From the NCBI GenBank assembly GCA_903910585.1, contig CAIWAH010000256.1:7207-71206 (forward strand): 64,000 bases of DNA, in the 5' to 3' direction. Under the pieces are notes generated by a model, which worked only from the letters and a program-made list of their open reading frames with translations, had not been told where the DNA came from and did not search any database. Positions 40,664 to 49,645 of this stretch are shown piece by piece (position 1 is the first letter of the stretch; the number at the start of each line of letters is the position of its first letter). The stretch comes from an uncultured Verrucomicrobiota bacterium (GTDB lineage: Bacteria > Verrucomicrobiota > Verrucomicrobiia > Limisphaerales > UBA9464). A program made the translations under genes and the position numbers.

Positions 40664-43600
40664 TCACTTCGCCTTCGACAGCGCTTCCAGGTAGTCGAGC
40701 AGTGAGGCGAACTCCTTCACAGTGAGCCCGGCGGCCAGGCCCTCGGGCATCAGGGATTTCTCCTGCTTCTCGCGTTTGGCAATGTCCTTCACGGCGAGCG
40801 TCTGTTCCTGGGCCGTGATGGTGCGGATGGTCACGGCGTCGGCCGCCTCGCGCACGACGAAGCCGTCCACCTCGGTGCCGTCCTTCAGCTCGAAATGGTT
40901 CGCGACGAAGCCCTGCGCGAGCGTCTTGTTCGGGATCAGGATCGCCTCGGCCAGCTCGCGGCGTTTGTAGGTCACGGCGATGGTGCCCAGGAAGGGCCCT
41001 TTCAGCGGCTCGTCCGCCTTCACGGTGTGGCAGCCATTGCAGCCGATGGTGCCGAACAGCTGCTCACCGCGGCTGACTTCCCCGCGCAGGTCGGCCACCT
41101 GCGACAGCACGGCCTCCACGCCCAGGTCACCGATCTTCGGCGCTTTGGCCTCGGCCCGGAATTTCTCCGGATCGAGCTTGAGCCGGCTCACGGTTTCCTT
41201 GGCGGCTTTCGCGACCTCGGCGTCCGCATCGTCGAGCGCCGCGACGAACTGCGCCGCCCGGCTGGCGTCGCCCACCTGCGCGGCGGCCCGGAGGATTTGC
41301 ACGCGGCGTTTCGCATCGGCCCAGCCGGCATCAAGCGAGCGGTTCGCCGCCGCCCGCGCTTCCGGCGCACCGACCTTGCGGGCGGCCAGCTTCAGCAGGA
41401 AGCCTTCCGCCAACTGCGAGGTCGGGCCGTCGAGCTTCGGCGCCACCTCCTCGAACACCGCGTGGACCTGGTCGAGCTTGGCGGCGTTGTTGACGGCGCT
41501 GCGGGCCTTTTCGGCGAGATTGTTCTCGGTCTTGGTCTGCGACACCCGGGGCAAGGCCCGGAGGATCGCCTGCCACGCGTCGGCCTGCGCGGTCTTGGCG
41601 AGGGCGATGACCGCCTGGGCGCGGGCGGCGTCGGCGGTGGCATCCTCCGTCGCGGTGCGGACCAGCAGCGGCACGGCATCCGCCGGCACGTCCTCGGCTT
41701 CGGCTAATTGCGCGGCGATGGCCGGGAGCAGGCTCGCCTCGGTCTGGGCCCGCGCGATGAGCTTGGCGAGCGCGTCCCCGGCCGGAATGCGATGGCGGGC
41801 GAACTCCCGGCCGATGAAGGCCGCTTCGGCAGCATCGGCGCGGTCAAGGGCCGCCTTCAGGGCGGTGGCGATGCGCGGCGTCTCGCTCCACGGTTCGGGC
41901 TGGTAGAACGGTCCGCGCGTGTCGGGCCGCGTGCCCCAGGAATCCCCCTTCCACTTGCCCTCCACGAAATGCAGCCGGCACAGCGCGGTGATGATCCCGG
42001 CCCGGCGTTCCGCGGAAGTCTCCTTTTCCAGCAGCGCGATGAGGCCGGTCACGGTCTTCGGTTCGGGGACCGACTGCAGCACCTGCAGGCAACCGTTCCG
42101 GATCCGGGGAACCTTCTTCCGCGTCTCGTTGGTGCGGCCCACCATTTCCAGGCAGACGTCCACGGCCTTGATCCGGATGAGAGTCTGCAGCGCGGTGTGC
42201 GCCACGATGGGATCGGCATCGTCCAGATACGACACGAGGGACTGCGTTTCGCGCGGCTTGCCCAGCTTGCCGAGGGCGATGATGGCCTCGCGGCGGGTGC
42301 GCGGATTCGAGGAGATGAGAAACGCATCGGTCAGCGCCATGGAAGCGACCCGCGCCGGCACGGACGCCAGCTGGTCGTCGCGGTCCACGAAGGCGCGCAG
42401 GACCCACGGGGCGAGCTTGCGGTCCCAGGTCGCGGCGAACGGATTGGTCTCGGCGAGATTGATCGGCCCGGTGGAGGCGCGGTAACCGGGGATCATGCGG
42501 ATCAGCGTGGAATGCGCGTTGGTGCCGAGCGCCTGCTTGAGCCCGAACAGGGCCGCGATCCGCGCGGCGTCCGGCTTCGACTTGTCTAGGGCCAGCGACC
42601 GAACCGCCTCCCACGCCGGCAGCGGTTCCGCAGCCGCGGCCTGGCGGCGGATCAGCATGCGCTGCGCTTCGAGGCGGCGACGATGGCTGGGCGATTCCAA
42701 CTGTTTTGCCAAGTCAGCGTCGGGGAGCTTCGCGAAGTCCGGCATCGGCTCCGCCTTGAAGCCCTTCGGCGTCGCGCGCGCGATGAAGCCGACTTCCGGC
42801 CCCACCCAGGTAAACGAGGCGCCCTTCCAGCTCGCGGCATACACCGCACTGTTGCCGTCCAAGTCCAGATCGGTCACGCGTGGCACCCGGATGAACTCCT
42901 CCTGCGAGGCTGCGAACGTCGCGCCGCGGTTGGTCAGACCATGGTGATAAATCCAGTCGCGGCCCCAGTCGGCGGTGAACGGCGCATTGTTCCACTTCGC
43001 CGGAATGCCCGGTTCGTCAATCCAGCCGGCGCCGCAGCCGGAACCGCCGCCGTAATCCGCCAGCGGTGGCACGATCTCGTCGGTGAAGTTTTTGAACAGC
43101 CGAGGATAACCGTGCTGCGTGTAGCCGCTGAAGTGGTGCAGCCGCACATCCCAGCCACCGCCGTCGTTCGTGTTGTCCCGCGCGAACACGTCGAGCGTCG
43201 GCCCGACCGCGGCCTCGACGATGTTGCGGGTTCCTTCGGCCCAGATTTCCAGGCCGGTGCCGTCCGGACGCACGCGGACCACGCCGCCGCCGCGCATTTG
43301 CAGCTTCCGGCCGTCGGTGCCGGTGGCCTCCATGAACCCGAAGTCGCCGATGGCCGCGTAAAGCCAGCCGTCCACGCCGAGTTCGAGGCCGTTGGAACCG
43401 TGGTCCGCCGGCCGGTCCTTGAAGGTCCAGCCGATGCCGCTAACCAGCGTCTTCTTCTCGTCCGCCACACCATCGCCGTCCCGGTCGATGAACGCGCTGA
43501 TGTCCGGCGGATGCAGCAGGTAAAGGCGGTCGTGGTCCCAGACCAGCCCGCGCGGCGAATCCACGTCGGGCACGAACGCCTTCACCTCGTCGGCCTGGCC

Positions 43601-43942
43601 GTCGCCGTTCGTGTCGCGCACCCGCAGCACGCGGCCCAGGTGCGGCTTGCGGTCGAGCGAGCCGTTGCCGTCGCTGGAGACGTAGAGGGTGCCGTCGGTC
43701 GCCGCGGCGACGAACACGGGATAGTTCACCGCCGGCGGCGTGGCGAAGACCGTCACGTCGAACTCGTCGGGCACCTTGACGTCCTTGAGCAACGCCGCGG
43801 CCTTTTCGGGCACGACGGCCGGCAGTTTGGCCAGCTCCTCCGGCGTGGGCTGGCGGTCGGTCGCGGTGAAGGACTGGGCGGTCGCGGAAACGGCCACGGC
43901 CCAAGCCAGTCCGGCGGTCAGCGGAAATCGAAACGCGTTCAT
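40664..43942 (-). CDS. PVC-type membrane-bound-dehydrogenase-domain / HEAT-repeat / heme-binding (CxxCH) protein
   Basis: Internal ATG at 43942 (MNAFRFPLTAGLAWAVAVSATAQS). N-terminal 'DEFDVTVFATPPAVNYPV..DGTLYVS....TNGDGQADE'. C-terminal 'GEQLFGTIGCNGCHTV...SLMPEGL'. Confidence 0.8.
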   Translation of the reverse strand: MNAFRFPLTAGLAWAVAVSATAQSFTATDRQPTPEELAKLPAVVPEKAAALLKDVKVPDEFDVTVFATPPAVNYPVFVAAATDGTLYVSSDGNGSLDRKPHLGRVLRVRDTNGDGQADEVKAFVPDVDSPRGLVWDHDRLYLLHPPDISAFIDRDGDGVADEKKTLVSGIGWTFKDRPADHGSNGLELGVDGWLYAAIGDFGFMEATGTDGRKLQMRGGGVVRVRPDGTGLEIWAEGTRNIVEAAVGPTLDVFARDNTNDGGGWDVRLHHFSGYTQHGYPRLFKNFTDEIVPPLADYGGGSGCGAGWIDEPGIPAKWNNAPFTADWGRDWIYHHGLTNRGATFAASQEEFIRVPRVTDLDLDGNSAVYAASWKGASFTWVGPEVGFIARATPKGFKAEPMPDFAKLPDADLAKQLESPSHRRRLEAQRMLIRRQAAAAEPLPAWEAVRSLALDKSKPDAARIAALFGLKQALGTNAHSTLIRMIPGYRASTGPINLAETNPFAATWDRKLAPWVLRAFVDRDDQLASVPARVASMALTDAFLISSNPRTRREAIIALGKLGKPRETQSLVSYLDDADPIVAHTALQTLIRIKAVDVCLEMVGRTNETRKKVPRIRNGCLQVLQSVPEPKTVTGLIALLEKETSAERRAGIITALCRLHFVEGKWKGDSWGTRPDTRGPFYQPEPWSETPRIATALKAALDRADAAEAAFIGREFARHRIPAGDALAKLIARAQTEASLLPAIAAQLAEAEDVPADAVPLLVRTATEDATADAARAQAVIALAKTAQADAWQAILRALPRVSQTKTENNLAEKARSAVNNAAKLDQVHAVFEEVAPKLDGPTSQLAEGFLLKLAARKVGAPEARAAANRSLDAGWADAKRRVQILRAAAQVGDASRAAQFVAALDDADAEVAKAAKETVSRLKLDPEKFRAEAKAPKIGDLGVEAVLSQVADLRGEVSRGEQLFGTIGCNGCHTVKADEPLKGPFLGTIAVTYKRRELAEAILIPNKTLAQGFVANHFELKDGTEVDGFVVREAADAVTIRTITAQEQTLAVKDIAKREKQEKSLMPEGLAAGLTVKEFASLLDYLEALSKAK

Positions 43943-44056
43943 GCGGGAAACCCCGACAGCATCGGACCATCCGGCCATCGGTGACGATGCCGAAGTTTTT
44001 CGTCCGGCACCGGCAGATTTCAAGGGCGAGCGAGAGCAGCGAAATTGCTGGCGCCG

Positions 44057-44434
44057 CTACAGCAGGCCGCGTGCTTCCAGTTCCGCTTCGTCCAGGCCCA
44101 GGTAGTGGCCGAACTCGTGGATGTAGGTGATCCGGACTTCCTCGCGGTAGATCGCCTCGTCGCCCTCGGCGAAGTCCCAGAGGTTTTCGAGGAACAGTTG
44201 GATCTGCCGGGGCACGGCCGCTTCCGCGGGTCCTTCCACGTCCAGCGGATCGCCCACAAACATTCCCAGCAGGTCCTCGTCCCAGCCGTCCGCGATCAGC
44301 GCGTCCGATGGCCAGGCCTCGTAGGTGACCGCCAAACCTTCGGCGTGGGGGCGCAGATCGTCCGGCAGGGCGCGGATGGTTTCCGCCACTTCCTCCCGCG
44401 CGAGGCGCAACAGCTCCGGCCACAGTTCGTCCAC
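44057..44434 (-). CDS. Small zinc metallopeptidase-like protein (DUF1025 / zincin-like)
   Basis: GTG start at 44434. 'ITYIHEFGHYLGLDE' carries the HExxH motif. The size (125 aa) is typical of the family. Confidence 0.7.
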   Translation of the reverse strand: MDELWPELLRLAREEVAETIRALPDDLRPHAEGLAVTYEAWPSDALIADGWDEDLLGMFVGDPLDVEGPAEAAVPRQIQLFLENLWDFAEGDEAIYREEVRITYIHEFGHYLGLDEAELEARGLL

Positions 44435-44523
44435 GGGCGGATTCGTGCCCGAGAAGCCCCGGAGGCGGCCAGCCTGATTTGCAGGGAACGGCGGGTGTCA
44501 GGCCGTAGCGCCGGCCTCCGGCC

Positions 44524-44586
44524 GTCGTGTGCAAGCGAGCTCGCCGCAAAGTGCTGCCGGCATCTTGCCGGCATCTTGCCGGCAGC
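44524..44586. repeat. Reverse-oriented partial copy of the CTGCCGGCAAGATGCCGGCAG repeat family
   Basis: Its reverse complement is 'gctgccggcaagatgccggcaagatgccggcagcactttgcggcgagctcgcttgcacacgac'. This matches 47119-47170 apart from an 11-nt internal duplication. Confidence 0.75.
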
Positions 44587-44631
44587 GGCGGGCACGGGGC
44601 GGCCCCGTATTGGGACCGGCGGGCGGCGCGG

Positions 44632-44758
44632 GCCGAAGGCTGCTGGGCGACAGCCCACGGGCGGCGCAGCGGCCTGCGGTCAACCGCACCGGACATTTGC
44701 TGTGCGCTGTCCGCACCGAGTCACGGGGTCTGCCGGCAAGATGCCGGAAGCACGTTCG
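44632..44758. repeat. ~125-nt GC-rich repeat element, copy 1
   Basis: It starts 'gccgaaggctgctgggcgacagcccac' and ends 'cacggggtctgccggcaagatgccggaagcac'. Both ends match copy 2 at 47012-47170. It contains a 9-bp-stem hairpin, CTGCCGGCA-aga-TGCCGGAAG (imperfect in this copy). Confidence 0.75.
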
Positions 44759-44800
44759 CAGGACTTCCCGAAGGAGGCCCGGCCCCGCATTCTCGCCGGC

Positions 44801-46660
44801 ATGGCGAATGAGTTGGTCCTGCTGGGCTTGGAATGCGGCGGCACGCGCACGGTGGCGCTCGCGGCCGACGGTGTATTGCGCCAGCTCGCCCGCGTGGACG
44901 CCGGCCCGGCCAACCTGCGGTTGGTGAGCGACGACCAATTGACCGAGCACTTCCGCGTCCTCGCCGCCCGGGTGCCGGGGCCGTCCGCAATCGGCGTGGG
45001 CATGGCCGGTGTGCGGGACCGGCGGGATTGCGACCGCGTGGAACGCATCCTCGAACAGGTATGGCCCGGCGTGCCGCGGCGCGTGGACCATGATCTTGAA
45101 TCCGCGCTCGCGGCCGCCGAGTTGGCGCCCTCCAAGACGCCGCCTGCCGCCACGGTGATCGTGCTGAGTGGCACCGGCTCGTGCTGTTATGGCCGGAATG
45201 CCGCCGGCAAGGTCGCAAAGGTCGGCGGCTGGGGGCATCATCTGGGCGACCGCGGCAGCGCCTACGACATCGCGCACACCACGCTGCGGCTGATGGCGCG
45301 GCACCTCGACCACTCGGGCGAATTCGGCGACTTCGGCCGGCGTGCGCTCCGCGTGCTGCTGCTCAACGAACCGAACGACCTCATCGCGTGGTTCCAGCAG
45401 GCGACCAAGGGCCAGGTCGCAGCCCTCGCGCCGGAAGTCTTCGCCGCCGCGGCCGTCGGAGATGCCATGGCCCGGCAGGCGCTCCGCCAGACCGAGGCGG
45501 AACTCGTCGCGGACGCGACCCACTGCGCCGCCCGCCTGGCCGGCAAACGCGCCGCAGTGCATTTCGCCTTTGCGGGCAGCGTGCTGCTCAAGCAACCCGC
45601 CTTCGCCCGGCGCGTCGGGCTACACCTGCGGAAGGCGTTTCCCCACGCGACGTTCGGGCCGCTCGCGCGCGAATCGGTTTGGGGCGCCGTGGCCATGGCC
45701 CGGGAAGCCCTGGCCTCCAGCAGGAGCCGAGGTGACGGGGCTCATGCTCCTTCCCGCGTCGGTGCGTCGGCGAAAACGCCGACGACACCTCCCGACGACG
45801 GCCGCAACGCGATTCCCACCGCGACCGCGCTGTCGCCGACGGAGCAGCGCAATCCCCGTTCCGCGGAACTCGATCGCCTGCCGGTGGAGGCCGCGATTGA
45901 ACTAATGCTGTCCGAGGACGAGCGGATTCCCGGGGTGATCCGCGCGCACGGCGCGACGTTGGCGCGGCTGATCAAACGCACGTCGAAGGCCCTGGGTTCC
46001 GGCGGGCGACTCTTCTATGTGGGTGCCGGCACCAGCGGCCGGCTGGGCGTGCTCGATGCCAGCGAATGTCCGCCCACCTTCCGCACGCCGCCGGAACTCG
46101 TGCAGGGGCTCATGGCGGGCGGCGAAAAGGCGCTGCACTCGGCCGTGGAAGGCGCCGAGGATGACTTCGGGGCCGGCAGCCGCGCGGCGGAGTTCCGCGG
46201 GCTGGGAGCGAAAGACGTGATTGTCGGTATCGCCGCCAGCGGTCGGACGCCGTTTGTGTGGGGCACCCTCACCGAGGCGAAACGCCGCGGGGCCACGACG
46301 GCCCTTCTGTGCTTCAATCCCCACCTCCGCTTCGCCCGCGGGCACCGGCCGGACTTCGTGCTCGCGCTGGATTTGGGCCCGGAAATCCTGACCGGCTCCA
46401 CGCGGCTGAAATCCGGCACCGCGACCAAGCTGGTGCTGAACCTCCTGACGACGCTCACAATGGTCCGGCTCGGCAAGGTGATGGGCAACCTGATGGTGGA
46501 CCTCAATCCCTCGAACGTGAAGCTGCGCGACCGCGCCTGCCGGATTGTGGTGGAACTCACCGGCCGCGACTACGCCACCGCCCAGCGGGCGCTCGAACAG
46601 TCCGCCTGGGTGGTGAAGGCAGCGATCAAGGCACTAGGGCGGGCGAAGCGGGCAAGTTGA
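44801..46660 (+). CDS. murQ: Fusion protein: BadF/BadG/BcrA/BcrD-type ATPase (N-acetylglucosamine-kinase-like) + N-acetylmuramic acid 6-phosphate etherase
   Basis: ATG at 44801 (MANELVLLGLECGGTRT). Kinase blocks 'LSGTGSCCYG' and 'GGWGHHLGDRGSAYDI' are present. A Pro/Thr/Ser linker follows. MurQ blocks are 'LSPTEQRNPRS', 'YVGAGTSGRLGVLDASECPPTF' and 'TGSTRLKSGTATKLVLN'. The upstream 252 aa of the track ORF overlap the opposite-strand peptidase gene and repeats and are rejected. Confidence 0.8.
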   Translation: MANELVLLGLECGGTRTVALAADGVLRQLARVDAGPANLRLVSDDQLTEHFRVLAARVPGPSAIGVGMAGVRDRRDCDRVERILEQVWPGVPRRVDHDLESALAAAELAPSKTPPAATVIVLSGTGSCCYGRNAAGKVAKVGGWGHHLGDRGSAYDIAHTTLRLMARHLDHSGEFGDFGRRALRVLLLNEPNDLIAWFQQATKGQVAALAPEVFAAAAVGDAMARQALRQTEAELVADATHCAARLAGKRAAVHFAFAGSVLLKQPAFARRVGLHLRKAFPHATFGPLARESVWGAVAMAREALASSRSRGDGAHAPSRVGASAKTPTTPPDDGRNAIPTATALSPTEQRNPRSAELDRLPVEAAIELMLSEDERIPGVIRAHGATLARLIKRTSKALGSGGRLFYVGAGTSGRLGVLDASECPPTFRTPPELVQGLMAGGEKALHSAVEGAEDDFGAGSRAAEFRGLGAKDVIVGIAASGRTPFVWGTLTEAKRRGATTALLCFNPHLRFARGHRPDFVLALDLGPEILTGSTRLKSGTATKLVLNLLTTLTMVRLGKVMGNLMVDLNPSNVKLRDRACRIVVELTGRDYATAQRALEQSAWVVKAAIKALGRAKRAS

Positions 46661-47011
46661 TGCTTGGCAGCCGAAGGAAGGCGGTGACGTCAGGCGGCGA
46701 AGAAACGCGGGCGGAGATCATCCGCTGAGAGCTAGCGGGGAATTGGCTGAGAATGACTGCCCGCTATGACTGGAGGGCAAATCCGAACACCCCGGAATCT
46801 TGATGCTCGCCCGGCCGGACAGGCGGCGAAGCTTAGGCATACGCCGGCTCAAGTTCCATCGTGACGATCAGGGTGGGATTCGGAGCCAACCCGGGCACAT
46901 CTGGACACCGTGTGCGTCCGCCCTGGGCCGGCCCGAAAGTGCGGTCGGTTTCCAACCGGCAGCGGCGGTGTGGATGGATGGGCTACGGATTGAGCCCGGC
47001 TGGCGGATCGA

Positions 47012-47170
47012 GCCGAAGGCTTCTGGGCGACCGCCCACCCGCGGCGCCGTGGCCTCCGGCCAGAGCTGAAACCCGTAACGGGCATTCACCGGAAGTCGTC
47101 GGCGCCGATTTACGGGGTCTGCCGGCAAGATACCGGCAGCACTTTGCTGCTCGCCCGCGCACACACGATG
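47012..47170. repeat. ~130-160-nt GC-rich repeat element, copy 2
   Basis: The sequence runs 'gccgaaggcttctgggcgaccgcccac....tacggggtctgccggcaagataccggcagcactttgctgctcgcccgcgcacacacgatg'. It is in the same orientation as copy 1. Confidence 0.75.
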
Positions 47171-47247
47171 TCCAGATGCGCCCGTTTCAAGGTCGGCCAC
47201 CGGTCAATTGCCGCCGGCCTCGGCCGCGCCGTGCGCTCCGGCGCCGG

Positions 47248-48180
47248 TCAACTGGCCGAGGCCGGCGAAAACTCGTCGGCGTGATACGAACTGCGCACCA
47301 GCGGTCCGCTGGCCACGTGGATGAAGCCCATTTCCTCCGCCCGCTCCTTCAGATCGGCAAACACGGCCGGCTTCACGAATTCGGTGACCGGCAGGTGCTG
47401 CAGCGTCGGCTGGAGGTATTGGCCCAGCGTGAGGATGTCGCATTTCGCGGCGCGGAGATCCCGCATCGCCTGCAACACCTCGTCGCGCTGTTCCCCGAGG
47501 CCGAGCATCAGTCCAGACTTGGTGTGCAGCGAACCGCCGCTGCGCTCCTTCGCCTTGGCCAGCACGCTCAGCGAGCGGTCATAGGTGGCGCGATGCCGCA
47601 CGGACGGGGTCAGCCGGCGGACGGTTTCCAAGTTGTGGTTGTAGATCTGGGGCTTCGCCGCGAGCACGAGGTCGATCGCCCACTCCTTGTCGAGGAAGTC
47701 GGGCACCAGCACCTCGATGATGATGCCGGGATTCAGGGCACGGACGGCCGCGATGGTCTTCTGGAAATGCTCCGCCCCACCGTCCGCGAGATCGTCGCGG
47801 GCCACGGCCGTGATGACGACGTGGCGCAACCCCATCCGCCGGGTCGCCTCGGCCACCCGCTGCGGTTCGTCGGCCTCGAGCGGCAGCGGCTTGGAGGTGT
47901 CCACCGCGCAGAAGCGGCAGGCGCGCGTGCAGCGGTCGCCGGCGATCATGAACGTCGCGGTGCCCTTGCTCCAGCACTCCCAGTGGTTCGGACATTTGGC
48001 GCTCTCGCAGACCGTATGCAGCTTCAGGTCTTCCAGCAGCGTGCGCGTGCGGGTGAAGGCGCTGCTGGTGGGCAATTGGACCTTGAGCCACTCGGGCAGC
48101 CGGGGGCGGAGGGGAATGGCCGCCGAGGCGGCGCCGCGGGCGGCGGGATCGGCGGGCGGACGGTTCAACACTGCTTCCAT
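47248..48180 (-). CDS. lipA: Lipoyl synthase
   Basis: ATG at 48180. 'CESAKCPNHWECW' and the radical-SAM motif 'CTRACRFCAV' are present, as is 'LGQYLQPT..HLPV'. Confidence 0.95.
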   Translation of the reverse strand: MEAVLNRPPADPAARGAASAAIPLRPRLPEWLKVQLPTSSAFTRTRTLLEDLKLHTVCESAKCPNHWECWSKGTATFMIAGDRCTRACRFCAVDTSKPLPLEADEPQRVAEATRRMGLRHVVITAVARDDLADGGAEHFQKTIAAVRALNPGIIIEVLVPDFLDKEWAIDLVLAAKPQIYNHNLETVRRLTPSVRHRATYDRSLSVLAKAKERSGGSLHTKSGLMLGLGEQRDEVLQAMRDLRAAKCDILTLGQYLQPTLQHLPVTEFVKPAVFADLKERAEEMGFIHVASGPLVRSSYHADEFSPASAS

Positions 48181-48341
48181 CGGATGGCGGCCAAGTTCGG
48201 AGCGGCGCCCCGCTTTGGCAACCGCCGTTTCCGGATCCGCCGCCTCCCGGCAATTTGCGGCGCCGCGAACGCAATTTGGTTCGCCTCCTGCCGTCGGACA
48301 CGGTTCAGTCGCCGCCGTTCACCAACGTAACCGCCCGCACC

Positions 48342-49562
48342 ATGAGCTCCCACACGGTCCAGTTCCTCCAGTCCTGCTCCTCCGACGAGGAGATCGATGT
48401 CGTCCGGCTCGTCGAGTGCGTGATCATCGACGCCGTGCGGGCCGGCGCCTCCGACATCCACATCGAGCCCTGGGAAAGCTCCGTCGCCGTCCGGGTCCGC
48501 CTCAGCGGCGTGCTGAATGAGCTGGTTCACCTGCCGAGCGACCTGCTGCCGAAGATCGTCGGCCGGCTCAAGGTCATGGGCAACCTCATCGGCCACGAGA
48601 CTGTCCTGCCCCAGGAAGGCCGGGCCAACACCTTCGAGGAGGCCGGCAACGTCGTGCTCCGCATCTCGACCTTTCCGACCATCCGCGGCGAGAAGGTCGT
48701 GCTCCGCATCTTCGATCCCAAGGGCCGTTCGTTCGACCTCGACGGCCTCGGCATCGAGGAAGACACCCTCGTCACGTTCAAGTCGCTGATCACACGGCCG
48801 ACCGGCCTGATCCTCCTGACCGGCCCGACCGGTTCCGGCAAGACCACCGCGATCTATGCCGCGCTGCACCATCTGATCGAGCGGGCCGGCCCCAGCATCA
48901 GCGTGGCGACGGTCGAGGATCCGGTGGAGTTCAACCTGCCGCTGATCGCGCAGTCCCAGTGCAATCCCGCCCGGGAATACACCTACCCGATCGCGCTCCG
49001 GTCGCTCATGCGGCAGGACCCGCAGGTCATCATGATCGGCGAGATCCGCGACGCCGAGACGGCCAACATCGCCGTTCAGGCCGGCCTGACCGGGCATCTG
49101 GTGCTCAGCACCATCCACGCCGCCAGCACGCCGGGCGTCTTCGCCCGCCTCATCAACATGGGCATCGAGCCCTTCCTGCTTTCCTCCTCCATCGCCGGTG
49201 TGCTGGGCGTGCGCCTCGTCCGCCGCAACTGCCCGGTCTGCGCCGAGAGCTACGAGCCGGAAGCGCACCTGCTCGAGCTCATTCCGGAGGAGGTCCGCGC
49301 CAACGCCATGTTCCGCAAGGGCACCGGCTGCGACACCTGCGCCCACACCGGCTTCAGCGGCCGGGTCTCCGTCACGGAACTGCTCACCGTCAGCGAGAAC
49401 CTCCGCAACGCGATCCTGGAAAAGCTGCCAACCCGCCAGCTCATGGACATCGCCAAGGCCGACGGCCTGCAGACGCTCTGGCAAAAGGGCCTGCGCCGCG
49501 TGGCCGACGGCGAAACGACCGTCGAGGAGATCCTGCGCGTCATCGGCCTGGAAGGCTTCTGA
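48342..49562 (+). CDS. GspE/PilB-family secretion ATPase (short form without N-terminal GSPII_E_N domains)
   Basis: ATG at 48342. 'ASDIHIEP', Walker A 'GPTGSGKTT', 'MRQDPQVIMIGEIRD' and the tetracysteine 'CPVC....CDTC' are present. Confidence 0.85.
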   Translation: MSSHTVQFLQSCSSDEEIDVVRLVECVIIDAVRAGASDIHIEPWESSVAVRVRLSGVLNELVHLPSDLLPKIVGRLKVMGNLIGHETVLPQEGRANTFEEAGNVVLRISTFPTIRGEKVVLRIFDPKGRSFDLDGLGIEEDTLVTFKSLITRPTGLILLTGPTGSGKTTAIYAALHHLIERAGPSISVATVEDPVEFNLPLIAQSQCNPAREYTYPIALRSLMRQDPQVIMIGEIRDAETANIAVQAGLTGHLVLSTIHAASTPGVFARLINMGIEPFLLSSSIAGVLGVRLVRRNCPVCAESYEPEAHLLELIPEEVRANAMFRKGTGCDTCAHTGFSGRVSVTELLTVSENLRNAILEKLPTRQLMDIAKADGLQTLWQKGLRRVADGETTVEEILRVIGLEGF

Positions 49563-49645
49563 CCCGGCGGCCGGCCCCGGCCGTTCTTTCGCCCAAGCCC
49601 CGGTTGCCTCGCGGGCGGCTTTCCTGTCACCGTCGCTGAACGGCG

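Noticed and set aside
44045-44800. The N-terminal 252 aa of the 871-aa track ORF, which would extend the kinase-MurQ protein.
   Set aside because: The region overlaps the opposite-strand metallopeptidase gene and the GC-rich repeat elements. The recognisable kinase N-terminus begins at ATG 44801.
46661-46900. Possible structured RNA (SRP-like 'GAAGGAAGG' and a TAGCGGG...CCCGCTA hairpin) in the spacer between the convergent murQ-fusion and lipA genes.
   Set aside because: The order and context of the motifs do not match the SRP domain IV consensus as I remember it. The evidence is a single short hairpin only.
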